DNA from: Eubacteriales bacterium
GTDB lineage: Bacteria > Bacillota > Clostridia > Oscillospirales > CAG-272
Length of the DNA: 64,000 bases
Direction of reading: 5' to 3'
NCBI GenBank assembly: GCA_045656445.1
Contig: JAZORD010000010.1
Coordinates: 17,357 to 81,356, forward strand
In this document: in pieces, positions 8,957 through 18,720 of the stretch
Layout of the letters: each line of letters opens with the position of its first letter
How positions within the stretch are numbered: the stretch's first letter is position 1
Position numbers and translations under genes: made by a program
The notes under the pieces: model-generated
What the model was told of the DNA's origin: nothing
The model's input: the letters and a program-made list of their open reading frames with translations, nothing else
The model's database searches: none

Positions 8957-11900
8957 TTAAACGTTGTAGAACTCAACGAACTTCTTAAGTCTTTCGTACT
9001 TAGCCTTAGCAGCAGCCTCTGCCTCTGCGAAGAGCTTCTCAGCTCTCTCAGGGAATGCCTGTGCAAGACGAGTATAACGAGCCTCTCCTCCAATAAACGC
9101 CTGATAATCACCGGTCGGCTCCTTAGAGTCAAGCGAGAAGGGATTCTTGCCTTCTGCGATAAGCGCAGGGTTGTATCTGAACATCTGCCAGTAGCCTGCC
9201 TCAACAGCCTTCTTCATCTCAGCCTGGCAATTAGCCATACCGCCCTTGATGGAGTGCATCTCACAAGGAGCGTAACCAATGATAAGAGAAGGTCCGGGAT
9301 ATGCTTCAGCCTCAGCAATCGCCTTGAGGGTCTGATTCATATCTGCGCCCATTGCAATCTGTGCAACGTATACATATCCGTAGGACATAGCAATTTCAGC
9401 AAGGTTCTTCTTGCCTATTGCCTTACCTGCAGCAGCGAACTGAGCAACCTGACCGATATTGGAAGCCTTGGAAGCCTGTCCGCCGGTGTTAGAGTAAACC
9501 TCGGTATCAAATACCATAACGTTTACGTCTTCGCCGGAAGCAAGAACGTGGTCAAGACCGCCGAATCCGATATCGTAAGCCCAACCGTCACCACCGAAGA
9601 TCCAAACAGCCTTCTTGGAAAGGAACTGCTTTTCAGCAAGAATAGCGGGAGCTGCGGGGCATCCTGCCTTTGCGGCTGCCTCAAGCTCGCTAACAAGAGC
9701 TTTGGTAGCAGCCTCGTTCTTAGAGCCGTTATCCTTGGTTGCGAGATATTCAGCAGCTGCTGCCTTGAAGGAATCGGAAGCCTTATCTGACTTAGCCATT
9801 TCCTCTACCTTAGAGATAAGTCTTTCACGGATTGCGTTCTGACCTATAAGCATACCAAGACCGTGCTCTGCATTATCCTCGAAGAGCGAGTTGCCCCATG
9901 CAGGTCCTCTGCCTGTAGCATTATTTACAGTGTAAGGAGTTGCAGGTGCGGAGCCGCCCCAGATAGAAGAACAACCGGTAGCGTTGGATATATACATTCT
10001 CTCGCCGAAGAGCTGAGTGATAAGACGAGCATAAGAGGTCTCTGCACATCCTGCGCAAGAGCCCGAATACTCAAGGAGGGGCTGCTTGAACTGGCTGCCC
10101 TTAACGGTTACGTTAATAAGCTCGGGCTTCTCGGAAACCTTAGTAACAGCGTAGTCGTAAGCCGGCTGCTGATCGAGCTGAGTAGCGATAGGCTTCATTT
10201 CGATAGCAGTGCCAAGCTTAGCATTGTTATTTACAGGACAAGCCTTAACGCATAGCGTACAACCCATACAGTCGAGCGGGCTTACAGCCATAGTGAACTT
10301 GTAGTTGGTCTTAACAACAGGCTTAGCTGCAAACTTGGTAACAGCAGGAGCTGCTGCTGCCTCTTCTTCGGTCATAGCGAAGGGACGGATACAAGCGTGA
10401 GGACATACAAAAGCACAGTTGTTACACTGGATACAGTGCTCGGGGTTCCACTGAGGAACGGTAACTGCAACGCCGCGCTTCTCGTAAGCCGCAGAGCCCT
10501 GAGGGAACGTACCGTCAACATACTTAGCGAATGCAGAAACGGTAAGAGAGTCACCCTTCATAGCACCAACGGGAACAACTATATCGTTTACGAAATCAAC
10601 AAGGTCAGCTCTGTTGCCGGAAACCTTAGCCGCAGGAGCAGTAGTGCCTGCATTTGCCCATTCAGCAGGAGCGTCAACCAAGGTAAGAGCATCCTTACCT
10701 GCATCGATTGCGGCATAGTTAAGGTCAACTATTGCCTGTCCCTTCTTAATGTAGGACTTGTATGCAGCCTTCTTCATGTAATCGATAGCATCCTCAGCGG
10801 GAAGAATCTTTGCAAGAGTGAAGAAAGCGGACTGAAGAACGGTGTTCTTAACCTTTGCGTTACCGATATCAATTGCTATCTTGGTAGCGTTAATGGTGTA
10901 GAACTTAACATTGTTGTTTGCGATATAACTCTTAACCGATGCGGGAAGGTGAGCGCTAAGCTCCTCAGCATTCCAGGGGCAGTCAAGAAGGAATGTTCCG
11001 CCGGGCTTAACATCGCTTATCATATCATACTTGTTGAGGTATGCGTTGTTATGACAAGCAACGAAGTCAGCCTTATTGATATAATAGGAAGACTTGATGG
11101 GGGAATCACCGAAACGAAGGTGAGAAATGGTGATACCGGAGGTCTTCTTAGAGTCATACTGGAAGTATGCCTGAATGAACTTATCAGTGTGGTCACCGAT
11201 AATCTTAATGGAGTTCTTGTTAGCACCAACGGTACCGTCTCCGCCAAGACCCCAGAACTTGCACTGAATCATATCTTGGGGAGCAGTGTCGGGAGCGGGC
11301 TTCTCATCAAGAGAGTGACCGGTAAGGTCGTCAACGATACCAATGGTAAAGTGATTCTTAGGAGCCTTTGCTGCAAGGTTTTCAAAGATTGCGAAGATAG
11401 AAGCGGGTGTGGTATCCTTAGAACCAAGACCGTATCTACCGCCAACAACCTTAATACCGGTTCTGCCAACCTCAGCAAGCGCTGCGATAGCGTCAAGGTA
11501 AAGGGGCTCGCCAAGAGAGCCGGGCTCTTTGGTTCTGTCAAGAATAGCAACAGCCTTTGCGGTTGCGGGAATTGCTTCTGCAAACTTCTCTGCAACGAAG
11601 GGTCTGTAAAGTCTTACCTTAACAAGACCAACCTTCTCGCCCTTTGCAAGAAGATAATCAATAACCTCCTCTGCAACGTCGCAGATGGAGCCCATAGCAA
11701 CCATTACGCGCTCAGCATCGGGAGCACCGTAGTAGTTGAAGAGCTTGTAATTTGTACCGAGCTTCTCGTTAACCTTGCCCATATACTCCTCAACGATTGC
11801 AGGGAATGCATCGTAATGAGGGTTACAAGCCTCTCTGTGCTGGAAGAAGATATCACCGTTCTCAGCAGAGCCGCGAAGAGCGGGGGTTTCGGGGTTAAGA

Positions 11901-12544
11901 GCGCGGTTACGGAATGACTGAACTGCATCCCAGTCAACCATTTCTGCGAGGTCTTTATAATCCCAAGCAGCAACCTTCTGAATCTCGTGAGAGGTACGGA
12001 AGCCGTCAAAGAAGTTAAGAACGGGAACTCTGCCCTTTATGGTAGCAAGGTGAGCAACTGCGCCAAGGTCCATAACCTCCTGAGCATTCGTCTCAGCCAT
12101 CATTGCGAAACCGGTCTGACGGCAAGCATAAACGTCGGAGTGATCGCCGAAAATGTTAAGAGCGTGAGAAGCTACGCATCTTGCGGAAACGTGAATAACG
12201 CAAGGAAGAAGCTCACCTGCAATCTTGTACATGTTGGGGATCATGAGAAGAAGACCCTGAGATGCGGTGTAGGTGGTGGTGAGTGCGCCGGCTGCAAGAG
12301 ATCCGTGAACGGCACCTGCTGCGCCTGCCTCGGACTGCATTTCAACAACTTTTACGTTTGTGCCAACCACGTTTTTAGCGGGCTCGCCAAAAATGTTCTT
12401 GTTGGAAGCAGACCAAGTATCTGTTACCTCAGCCATGTTGGATGAGGGTGTGATGGGGTAGATGGCAGCAACTTCGGTAAACGCGTAAGAAACGTGAGCC
12501 GCAGATGTGTTACCATCCATAGAGATTTTCTTTCTCTCTATCAT
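8957..12544 (-). CDS. nifJ: Pyruvate:ferredoxin (flavodoxin) oxidoreductase, single-polypeptide PFOR
   Basis: About 1,195 aa. Start moved to ATG 12544, with GGAGGA upstream. Two ferredoxin-type clusters (CIQCNNCAFVCP, CMGCTLCVKACP) and a TPP-binding GGDGWAYDIG motif. Confidence 0.97.
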   Translation of the reverse strand: MIERKKISMDGNTSAAHVSYAFTEVAAIYPITPSSNMAEVTDTWSASNKNIFGEPAKNVVGTNVKVVEMQSEAGAAGAVHGSLAAGALTTTYTASQGLLLMIPNMYKIAGELLPCVIHVSARCVASHALNIFGDHSDVYACRQTGFAMMAETNAQEVMDLGAVAHLATIKGRVPVLNFFDGFRTSHEIQKVAAWDYKDLAEMVDWDAVQSFRNRALNPETPALRGSAENGDIFFQHREACNPHYDAFPAIVEEYMGKVNEKLGTNYKLFNYYGAPDAERVMVAMGSICDVAEEVIDYLLAKGEKVGLVKVRLYRPFVAEKFAEAIPATAKAVAILDRTKEPGSLGEPLYLDAIAALAEVGRTGIKVVGGRYGLGSKDTTPASIFAIFENLAAKAPKNHFTIGIVDDLTGHSLDEKPAPDTAPQDMIQCKFWGLGGDGTVGANKNSIKIIGDHTDKFIQAYFQYDSKKTSGITISHLRFGDSPIKSSYYINKADFVACHNNAYLNKYDMISDVKPGGTFLLDCPWNAEELSAHLPASVKSYIANNNVKFYTINATKIAIDIGNAKVKNTVLQSAFFTLAKILPAEDAIDYMKKAAYKSYIKKGQAIVDLNYAAIDAGKDALTLVDAPAEWANAGTTAPAAKVSGNRADLVDFVNDIVVPVGAMKGDSLTVSAFAKYVDGTFPQGSAAYEKRGVAVTVPQWNPEHCIQCNNCAFVCPHACIRPFAMTEEEAAAAPAVTKFAAKPVVKTNYKFTMAVSPLDCMGCTLCVKACPVNNNAKLGTAIEMKPIATQLDQQPAYDYAVTKVSEKPELINVTVKGSQFKQPLLEYSGSCAGCAETSYARLITQLFGERMYISNATGCSSIWGGSAPATPYTVNNATGRGPAWGNSLFEDNAEHGLGMLIGQNAIRERLISKVEEMAKSDKASDSFKAAAAEYLATKDNGSKNEAATKALVSELEAAAKAGCPAAPAILAEKQFLSKKAVWIFGGDGWAYDIGFGGLDHVLASGEDVNVMVFDTEVYSNTGGQASKASNIGQVAQFAAAGKAIGKKNLAEIAMSYGYVYVAQIAMGADMNQTLKAIAEAEAYPGPSLIIGYAPCEMHSIKGGMANCQAEMKKAVEAGYWQMFRYNPALIAEGKNPFSLDSKEPTGDYQAFIGGEARYTRLAQAFPERAEKLFAEAEAAAKAKYERLKKFVEFYNV

Positions 12545-12603
12545 GTTTGTGTCCTCCATATGTTTGATATATAAAATAATAATTATTTTATCTCCAATAA
12601 AGT

Positions 12604-12632
12604 ATTATAGCACAAATTCGTCAAAAAGTAAA
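12604..12632 (-). promoter_or_regulatory. Candidate sigma-A promoter of nifJ (extended -10)
   Basis: On the minus strand: TTTACT, a 17-nt spacer, then TGcTATAAT. The -35 is weak and the -10 is strong. Confidence 0.45.
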
Positions 12633-12672
12633 GACTTTTTCAAAAAAGTAAAAAAACATTTATGTTTTTATC

Positions 12673-13296
12673 CTAATTCCCCTCTTGACCACCGAAAAGA
12701 GTAGAAATCGCACTCTTATATTCACCGTAGCCAAAGGCTAAATTCAAAGCCGAAATAAGAGAATTTGCGCTCATATCTCCGGGCAAGCCAAAATGCTCTG
12801 CCAAAATTCTTCTTTTCTCCCAAGCGCCGTCAGCGCCCGTGAGTCCGTCGGCAAAAAAATCCGTTTTCGTTACCGTCTTTTTGTCATAATCTGTGCTGTT
12901 TTCTTTACACGCCTCGCCCTCTATAAAAGGCGCAAGCGTTTTTTCAAGCACTTCCCTATTCATACCTTCCACACCGAGAAGCCCGGATTTTGAGAAAGAT
13001 TTCTTCCTTGTTTCCTTTCCCTTAACTTTCGGTATATAAAGGTGGAAAATCTTTTCTTTCGGTAAAATTCCCGACAAAAAAGCGCGTATCTGTCTGCCGC
13101 CCGCGTCGGAATCGGTAAGAAGTATCACTCCTCCGCGCTCTGATATTTTCTTTACGAGCGCCTGTTTTTCCTTTGAGTTGAATATCCCAAATCCGTCGGT
13201 AGTTATTATTTTTGCGTCAAACATAGACGAAATGGTGCTTTTATCATACCGTCCCTCTACTATAATCGGCAATTTTACTCTCTTTTTCTCATTCAC
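12673..13296 (-). CDS. Toprim-domain protein, RNase M5-like with C-terminal extension (DUF4093-like)
   Basis: The Toprim core IIVEGRYDK...ILLTDSDAGGRQIR parallels RNase M5 (VVEGKDD...LTDPD.PG). I prefer GTG 13296, which overlaps the nth stop by 8 nt, to the track start 13395, which would overlap nth by 107 nt. The start remains uncertain. Confidence 0.65.
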   Translation of the reverse strand: MNEKKRVKLPIIVEGRYDKSTISSMFDAKIITTDGFGIFNSKEKQALVKKISERGGVILLTDSDAGGRQIRAFLSGILPKEKIFHLYIPKVKGKETRKKSFSKSGLLGVEGMNREVLEKTLAPFIEGEACKENSTDYDKKTVTKTDFFADGLTGADGAWEKRRILAEHFGLPGDMSANSLISALNLAFGYGEYKSAISTLFGGQEGN

Positions 13297-13960
13297 CGCT
13301 TTTTCCAGCCTTTGCCTTGATATTATGTTGACATAAGTTTGAAAGAGGACACGCTTCGCACCTTGGAGAGCGGGCTGCGCAAATTTCTCTGCCAAACAAA
13401 ACTATCCTGTGGCAAAAATCCGAGCCCTCTTTTTCCTCTATCAGCGCTTTAAGTATTTGCTCGATTTTTTCGGGATTCTTTTCACTTTCCGGATACATCC
13501 CAAGCCTTCCGCAAATTCTTATGCAATGCGTGTCACAAACAACAGCCGGTTTATTAAACACGTCACCAAGCAAAAGGTTGGCAATTTTTCGCCCTACGCC
13601 GTCAAACAAAAGCAGCTCTTCCATAGTATCGGGCAATACACCGCCGTATTTTTCGACAAGCAGTTTTGACGCGTTCTTTATGTTTGCCGCCTTCACCTTG
13701 TAAATTCCGCACGGTTTTACTATATCCTCTATCTCTTCAAGGTCTGCGCCAGCCAACGCCTCGGCAGTGGGAAATTTTTTAAAAAGCTCCTTTGAAACGA
13801 TATTTACCCTGGCATCTGTGCATTGTGCCGAAAGCCTGCCCATTACGAGCAACCGCCACGGGTCGCCCTCATATTCGAGAGCGCATATGGCATCGGGATA
13901 AATCTCCTTCAGACGCTCAACGATTTCCGCCATCCTTTTTTTCTTTTCGCTTTTATTCAT
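13289..13960 (-). CDS. nth: Endonuclease III (DNA-(apurinic/apyrimidinic site) lyase)
   Basis: HhH-GPD region (FDGVGRKIANLLL) and a C-terminal 4Fe-4S motif CX6CX2CX5C (CAARSPRCEACPLSNLC). Confidence 0.93.
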   Translation of the reverse strand: MNKSEKKKRMAEIVERLKEIYPDAICALEYEGDPWRLLVMGRLSAQCTDARVNIVSKELFKKFPTAEALAGADLEEIEDIVKPCGIYKVKAANIKNASKLLVEKYGGVLPDTMEELLLFDGVGRKIANLLLGDVFNKPAVVCDTHCIRICGRLGMYPESEKNPEKIEQILKALIEEKEGSDFCHRIVLFGREICAARSPRCEACPLSNLCQHNIKAKAGKSGE

Positions 13961-14519
13961 TCGTGGTTGCCTTTTCTATAAGTTCCTTCGTGAGCTTAAG
14001 CCCGAGACCTACAATAGCGTCAAACTCGCCGCTATATGACTCAACAAATTTTCTGCCGATGCCTTGAATGGCATATGCCCCCGCTTTATCCATCGGCTCT
14101 CCGGTTTTTACATATTCGAGAGCTTCGCTCCTGCCAAAAGAGCGAAACGTTACGTAAGCCGTATCGACGCCGCTGAATACCTTGCCGTGATAATGCACCG
14201 CCACCCCTGTGTGAACTCTGTGTGTTCTGCCGGAAAGCCCGAGAAGTATTCTTACCGCATCATCCTCATCGACAGGCTTGCCAAGCGGAATACCGTCCAT
14301 CTCTACAAGGGTGTCCGAGGAAATGACAAGAGCTTCCGAATCAAGACGCGGCACAACTGCCTCCCCTTTTCTTATCGCAAGAATTTCAACGCCCTTTTTA
14401 GGATGAATACCCTCATCAAGCCTCTCATCTGCATCAGAAGTAATTATATCAAACTTATCTATTATTCTCAAAAGAATTTCCTTGCGCCTCGGTGAGCGCG
14501 AGGCTAATACTACCTTCAT
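13953..14519 (-). CDS. maf: Maf-like nucleoside triphosphate pyrophosphatase
   Basis: N-terminal VLASRSPRRKEIL, and later AGAYAIQG, are Maf-family signatures. Confidence 0.9.
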   Translation of the reverse strand: MKVVLASRSPRRKEILLRIIDKFDIITSDADERLDEGIHPKKGVEILAIRKGEAVVPRLDSEALVISSDTLVEMDGIPLGKPVDEDDAVRILLGLSGRTHRVHTGVAVHYHGKVFSGVDTAYVTFRSFGRSEALEYVKTGEPMDKAGAYAIQGIGRKFVESYSGEFDAIVGLGLKLTKELIEKATTNE

Positions 14520-14527
14520 AATTCACC

Positions 14528-15496
14528 TTATTCCAGCGCGCTGCAAAGTGCGCGCTCAACCTCTAAATAGGTTTGTGCTTTATTGATTTCTGCTCTTATC
14601 TGCGCCGCGCCTCTGAAAGATCGGAGGTAAAGCGCTATTTGCTTTCGAGCTTCTCTTACCGCTACCGCCTCTCCCTTTTCTTCTATTGCAAGTGAAAGCT
14701 GAAAAAGCGCAGCTTCCACGCGTTCGGAGAGCGTCGGCAAAACGTACTCCTTGCCGGATGCCGCCGCGACAATCTCTGAAAAAACAAACGGGTTTCCAAT
14801 AGCCGCCCTTCCAACCATCACACCGTCAGCCCCGGTTTCCGAAAGAACTCTCAAGGCGTCATCTCCAGAGCAAACGTCCCCGTTTGCAACAACGGGTATC
14901 TGTACACTTTTCTTTACATCTTTAACAACCGCCATGTCCGCTTTTCCGGCATACATTTCCGCGCGGGTGCGTCCGTGCACCGCAATAAGAGAAGCTCCCC
15001 CGGCTTCGGCTGCAAGCGCGCAATCTACCGCGTTCTTTGAATCGGAATCAACTCCTGCGCGGAGCTTAACCGTGCAAGGAATATCTATCGCCGATGACAC
15101 CGCTCTTACGATTTTGTATATCAAATCGGGTTTTTTCATAAGCGCCGAGCCCTCGCCGTTTGAAAAAATCTTATGCACGGGGCATCCCATATTTATATCA
15201 ATTGCTACGGGCAACGCTCCCCCGTCCTCACCGCGCGAAAGAATTTCTGCCGCCCTCGCCATAATATCCGGCTCAGACCCAAATATCTGAACGGCAACGG
15301 GCCCCTCATCATAACCGATTTTGGCTAGAGCGTGAGTTTTTTTATCCAAAAAGCAAACCGCCTTTGCGCTAACCATCTCCGTAACCGAATACTCCGCGCC
15401 GTATTTATAACATATCCGACGCATTGCCATATCGGTATATCCCGCCATAGGTGCCAGCATCAAGCCGTGTTTCAACTCGGTATTTCCTATCTTCAT
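14528..15496 (-). CDS. dusB: tRNA dihydrouridine synthase
   Basis: Dus TIM-barrel motifs: LAPMAGYTD, DINMGCP (catalytic Cys), VHGRTR. Confidence 0.92.
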   Translation of the reverse strand: MKIGNTELKHGLMLAPMAGYTDMAMRRICYKYGAEYSVTEMVSAKAVCFLDKKTHALAKIGYDEGPVAVQIFGSEPDIMARAAEILSRGEDGGALPVAIDINMGCPVHKIFSNGEGSALMKKPDLIYKIVRAVSSAIDIPCTVKLRAGVDSDSKNAVDCALAAEAGGASLIAVHGRTRAEMYAGKADMAVVKDVKKSVQIPVVANGDVCSGDDALRVLSETGADGVMVGRAAIGNPFVFSEIVAAASGKEYVLPTLSERVEAALFQLSLAIEEKGEAVAVREARKQIALYLRSFRGAAQIRAEINKAQTYLEVERALCSALE

Positions 15497-15610
15497 AACG
15501 CCTCTTAAAATTGCTTTTAATTTATTGTAACATAAAAGAGCTGCAAATTCAAGTTATTGTTGACAAAAGCAGGCGTCTGTGTTAAAATCAACAAAAAGGA
15601 GATTGTTGCT

Positions 15611-16435
15611 ATGAAAAACGAAAACCTGTTCAGATTTCCGGGATTTTTGGCTAAGGCATGTACGCTTAGCTATGACGACGGCGAATTGCACGACGAGCGC
15701 CTTATTGAAATAATGCGTAAATACGGTCTTAAGGGCACTTTCAACCTCAATTCTCGCAATATTAAGAGCGGCTCTCCATATCATTTGGGAGCAGAAAAGA
15801 TAAAAGAACTTTTCGGCAGTGACACCGAGATAGCGCTTCACGGATTTGAACACCTTTCTCTCGCAAAGGTGACGCCGCCCCTCGCTGTTCGCGACGTTAT
15901 CGCGGATAAAGAATACTTGGAAGAGTCCTTCGCGGGAGTTATACGGGGTATGGCGTATGCAGGCGGCTCACTTAACGACGAGGTTGTCGACATTTTACGC
16001 CTTTGCGACGTGGCATACTCAAGAACCACACTCTCAACAGAAGCGTTTGATTTACCGGAGGATTGGCTAAGACTTAATCCGACCTGTCATCACAAAAACC
16101 CCAAGCTATTTGAGCTTGTTGACAAATTTCTCGAAACAGAAACTCATTACCGACGCATAAAGCCTAAGCTATTTTACCTTTGGGGACATAGCTTTGAATT
16201 CGCAAGAGATAACAACTGGGACGTGATAGAAAAATTCGGTGAAATTATGACAAAGCGCGATGACGTATGGCACGCAACCAATATGGAAATATACAATTAC
16301 GTCGAGGCATTTGGTATGCTCCGTTTTTCTGCTGCTCTTACTTACGTTGAAAACCCGACCGCAACCGACGTTTATCTGTCAGTTATGGGAAATCAGATAA
16401 TAGCAAAGGCAGCAACAACCACAAAAATACGATGA
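15611..16435 (+). CDS. Polysaccharide deacetylase (NodB-homology) family protein
   Basis: Start moved to ATG 15611, with AAAAGGAG upstream. Motifs: LSYDDG (Asp-Asp) and ALHGFEH (His). Confidence 0.75.
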   Translation: MKNENLFRFPGFLAKACTLSYDDGELHDERLIEIMRKYGLKGTFNLNSRNIKSGSPYHLGAEKIKELFGSDTEIALHGFEHLSLAKVTPPLAVRDVIADKEYLEESFAGVIRGMAYAGGSLNDEVVDILRLCDVAYSRTTLSTEAFDLPEDWLRLNPTCHHKNPKLFELVDKFLETETHYRRIKPKLFYLWGHSFEFARDNNWDVIEKFGEIMTKRDDVWHATNMEIYNYVEAFGMLRFSAALTYVENPTATDVYLSVMGNQIIAKAATTTKIR

Positions 16436-16449
16436 TTACATATATAAAT

Positions 16450-16507
16450 AGAGCGCCCTGCGTCTGTTCTCCGCTAAGGATAACAAGCGCGGGGCGCTCT
16501 GTTTTTT
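16450..16507. terminator. Intrinsic terminator shared by convergent genes
   Basis: 13-bp stem AGAGCGCCCTGCG / CGCGGGGCGCTCT (one G-U pair) with a large loop, followed by TTTTTT. Confidence 0.65.
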
Positions 16508-17387
16508 ACACGGCGACTTTTTCTTTAACAAGAGCCGAGCTGTACGCCTTATATTTGGTAACTCCAGGCACGGTTTCTCCGTCAATTTGAAGAGCCACGG
16601 GTCTATCAAACTCAACCTCAATAGACTTACCTTCAAAGAGCTTGAAGATATCGGTGTGCGTCACGTGCTTTCCCTTAAATATTTTAGGAAAAACCGTAAG
16701 AAGCTTGAGCCTTGATTTTGCATGAACAACAACCATTGAAAGATTTCTGTTTTCGTTAAGCCTGTCCTGCGATGGCGTTATCATCATACCGCCGCCGAAA
16801 TACCTGCCATTCATAGTAGGCACCATCCACACGTTTCTCCACTCGCTTGTCACGCCGTCTATTTTCACTCTTGCATTCACTGTTTTAAATTTACACAAAA
16901 GTCCCTTTAACGCTATCGTAGTATAATTCGGAGCCTTTCCGGTTTTTTCTCTGTATTTGTCTCCCTCCTCACAGCACCAACCGTCAATTCCGTAACCAAT
17001 TCCGTTCATAAACTTATAGCTTTTGCCCCTTACCTCTATTACCGGTAGCGACCTTATGTAATCGTTAATCACAACTACACCGTCCGTATCAACACCGGCA
17101 ATGTCGTTGATGAAGTCGTTCCCCGTGCCGCCCGCGTAGCAATAAATCGGAAAAGGATATTCCTTATCATCTATTGAGTTTACGAATCTGTTCAGCGTTC
17201 CGTCGCCTCCAACTATAACGAGTCTGTCATTCACTCCCAACGCCTCGACAAATCCCCGCTTGTCATCGACGGTTACAGCGTCGGTAAGCGATATTTCTTC
17301 TCCCTTGAAAAATTCGAGCATTTTTGCCTTTATTTTCTCGACGCTGTAATGCGCCCCGGCAAAAGTATTATAAAGCACGTAAACCAT
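16506..17387 (-). CDS. Diacylglycerol-kinase-family lipid kinase (YegS/BmrU-like)
   Basis: DAGK catalytic-domain motif VIVGGDGTLN, about 290 aa. GGAG RBS. Confidence 0.82.
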   Translation of the reverse strand: MVYVLYNTFAGAHYSVEKIKAKMLEFFKGEEISLTDAVTVDDKRGFVEALGVNDRLVIVGGDGTLNRFVNSIDDKEYPFPIYCYAGGTGNDFINDIAGVDTDGVVVINDYIRSLPVIEVRGKSYKFMNGIGYGIDGWCCEEGDKYREKTGKAPNYTTIALKGLLCKFKTVNARVKIDGVTSEWRNVWMVPTMNGRYFGGGMMITPSQDRLNENRNLSMVVVHAKSRLKLLTVFPKIFKGKHVTHTDIFKLFEGKSIEVEFDRPVALQIDGETVPGVTKYKAYSSALVKEKVAV

Positions 17388-17397
17388 AACTACTCCA

Positions 17398-18312
17398 TCA
17401 AATCAAATTGTTTTTCAGAAAATTTATAACGTTAAGTCCTGCTATTCTCTCGGCAGTTTTTTGTCCGTATTTTATATTGATTAGTTCCACAACCCTGTCG
17501 TGTATGCTTTGACTTTCGTCTATTTCGCGGGGATAATTACCGTTTACCCCGTCTATATCAAATCCAAAGCCTATGTTTTCATCGCTTCCGAAAAGGTCAA
17601 GGGCGTAATCAATATGACGAAAAATATCCGTAACGTCCGCCACCCCGCCTTCGTTTAAAAACGGAGGATAAAGATTTATGCCGATAACTCCGCCGCGGGA
17701 GGCTATTCGTCTTGCCATATCGCGCGTAAGATTTCTTTTTGAAGAGCATACCTCTCTATAATTTGAGTGGGTGGCAATATGTGGCTGTCCCGATATCTCA
17801 AAGACCTCGTAGAATGCCCTATCCGAAAGATGAGATGTGTCAAGAATTATTCCGAGCTCAGCGCATCGCAAAACCATTTTTCTTCCCTCTTCGGTAAGCC
17901 CCGTGTCATACGCATCCCACGCGCCACAGGAAAGCTCGTTTGTGTCCCACGCCATACCAAACACACGCATCCCGCCTCTTACAAGGACGTCAAGCTCCGG
18001 CGAATCCGTAAATAGTCCCGCCCCACCCTCAACGGTAAACATTGCAGCGCACCTTGAGTTCTCGGTAGCAAAACACAAATCTCCTTTCGAATCCACGTTT
18101 ACGAATCCAAGCCGCGCGCATTCGAAAAGATATGTATTGTAAGCTGCCATCAGCTTTTTTCTTCTAATCTCACAGGATTCGCTTCCCTTCGGTGAAAAAT
18201 GAGCGAAGAACTGCAGCTGAGGACTTTTATTTGAAAGATTGTATAAATTGCTAAGACCGCCTCCCACCGAAACTCGTGAAAGGCTGTCGCAATGCATATC
18301 GGATATATACAT
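17398..18312 (-). CDS. Dipeptidase, M19 (renal/membrane dipeptidase) family
   Basis: N-terminal DMHCD metal ligands, DTSHLSD, and HSNYRE motifs typical of M19. Confidence 0.85.
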   Translation of the reverse strand: MYISDMHCDSLSRVSVGGGLSNLYNLSNKSPQLQFFAHFSPKGSESCEIRRKKLMAAYNTYLFECARLGFVNVDSKGDLCFATENSRCAAMFTVEGGAGLFTDSPELDVLVRGGMRVFGMAWDTNELSCGAWDAYDTGLTEEGRKMVLRCAELGIILDTSHLSDRAFYEVFEISGQPHIATHSNYREVCSSKRNLTRDMARRIASRGGVIGINLYPPFLNEGGVADVTDIFRHIDYALDLFGSDENIGFGFDIDGVNGNYPREIDESQSIHDRVVELINIKYGQKTAERIAGLNVINFLKNNLI

Positions 18313-18395
18313 ATAATCTCTGCTTTCAATATTAATTTAAATTATACACTATTTAGGGGTCTTTGTCAATTATTTTGTCGTTTCATGCAAAAGAC

Positions 18396-18424
18396 TTGAC
18401 TTTTTCAAATTGTTGGATTATAAT
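18396..18424 (+). promoter_or_regulatory. Sigma-A promoter of the T-box operon
   Basis: TTGACT (18396-18401), a 17-nt spacer, then TATAAT (18419-18424). Confidence 0.75.
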
Positions 18425-18430
18425 GTTGTG

Positions 18431-18708
18431 CAAGAGTAAAAGGCTTTGATCGGAAGGAGTACTGTGAGAGGACGACCTTAAGAGAGCGAACGGTTGGTGA
18501 AAGTTCGCGGCGTTATCACAGGAAGCAGTCCGTGAGCCTCGGAGAGAACCTAAACGGCTAAATTCCGACGGGTGCGCCCGTTAAAGCGCGGAGTCTTTCT
18601 TTTAATATAGACTTGCTAAGGAGCGTTCCGCGAGGCACGCTTGAATTACGGTGGTATCACGAAATTATATTCGTCCGTGGCATAGGAGTATGCTCACGGG
18701 CTTTTTTA
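18431..18708 (+). promoter_or_regulatory. T-box riboswitch leader, specifier GCA (alanine)
   Basis: Hand fold of Stem I:
- base AGGCU (18441-45) pairs with AGCCU (18535-39)
- GA/K-turn
- specifier loop with AGUA on the 5' side and GAA-GCA-G on the 3' side (codon at 18525-18527)
- AGAGAG bulge and GGUUGGUGAAA distal loop
The T-box sequence is AAUUACGGUGGUAUCACG (18644-18661). The terminator hairpin is CCGTG-GCAT / ATGC-CACGG followed by TTTTTT (18674-18708). Confidence 0.85.
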
Positions 18709-18720
18709 TTTGGAGGAAAT

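Noticed and set aside
10397-11917. 506-aa ORF on the plus strand, antisense to nifJ.
   Set aside because: It lies entirely inside the PFOR gene, which is confidently called from its Fe-S and TPP motifs. The translation is low-complexity (Leu/Ser/Val/Cys/Asn-rich) with no RBS or motif. This is the usual artefact of strong codon bias leaving the antisense frame free of stops.
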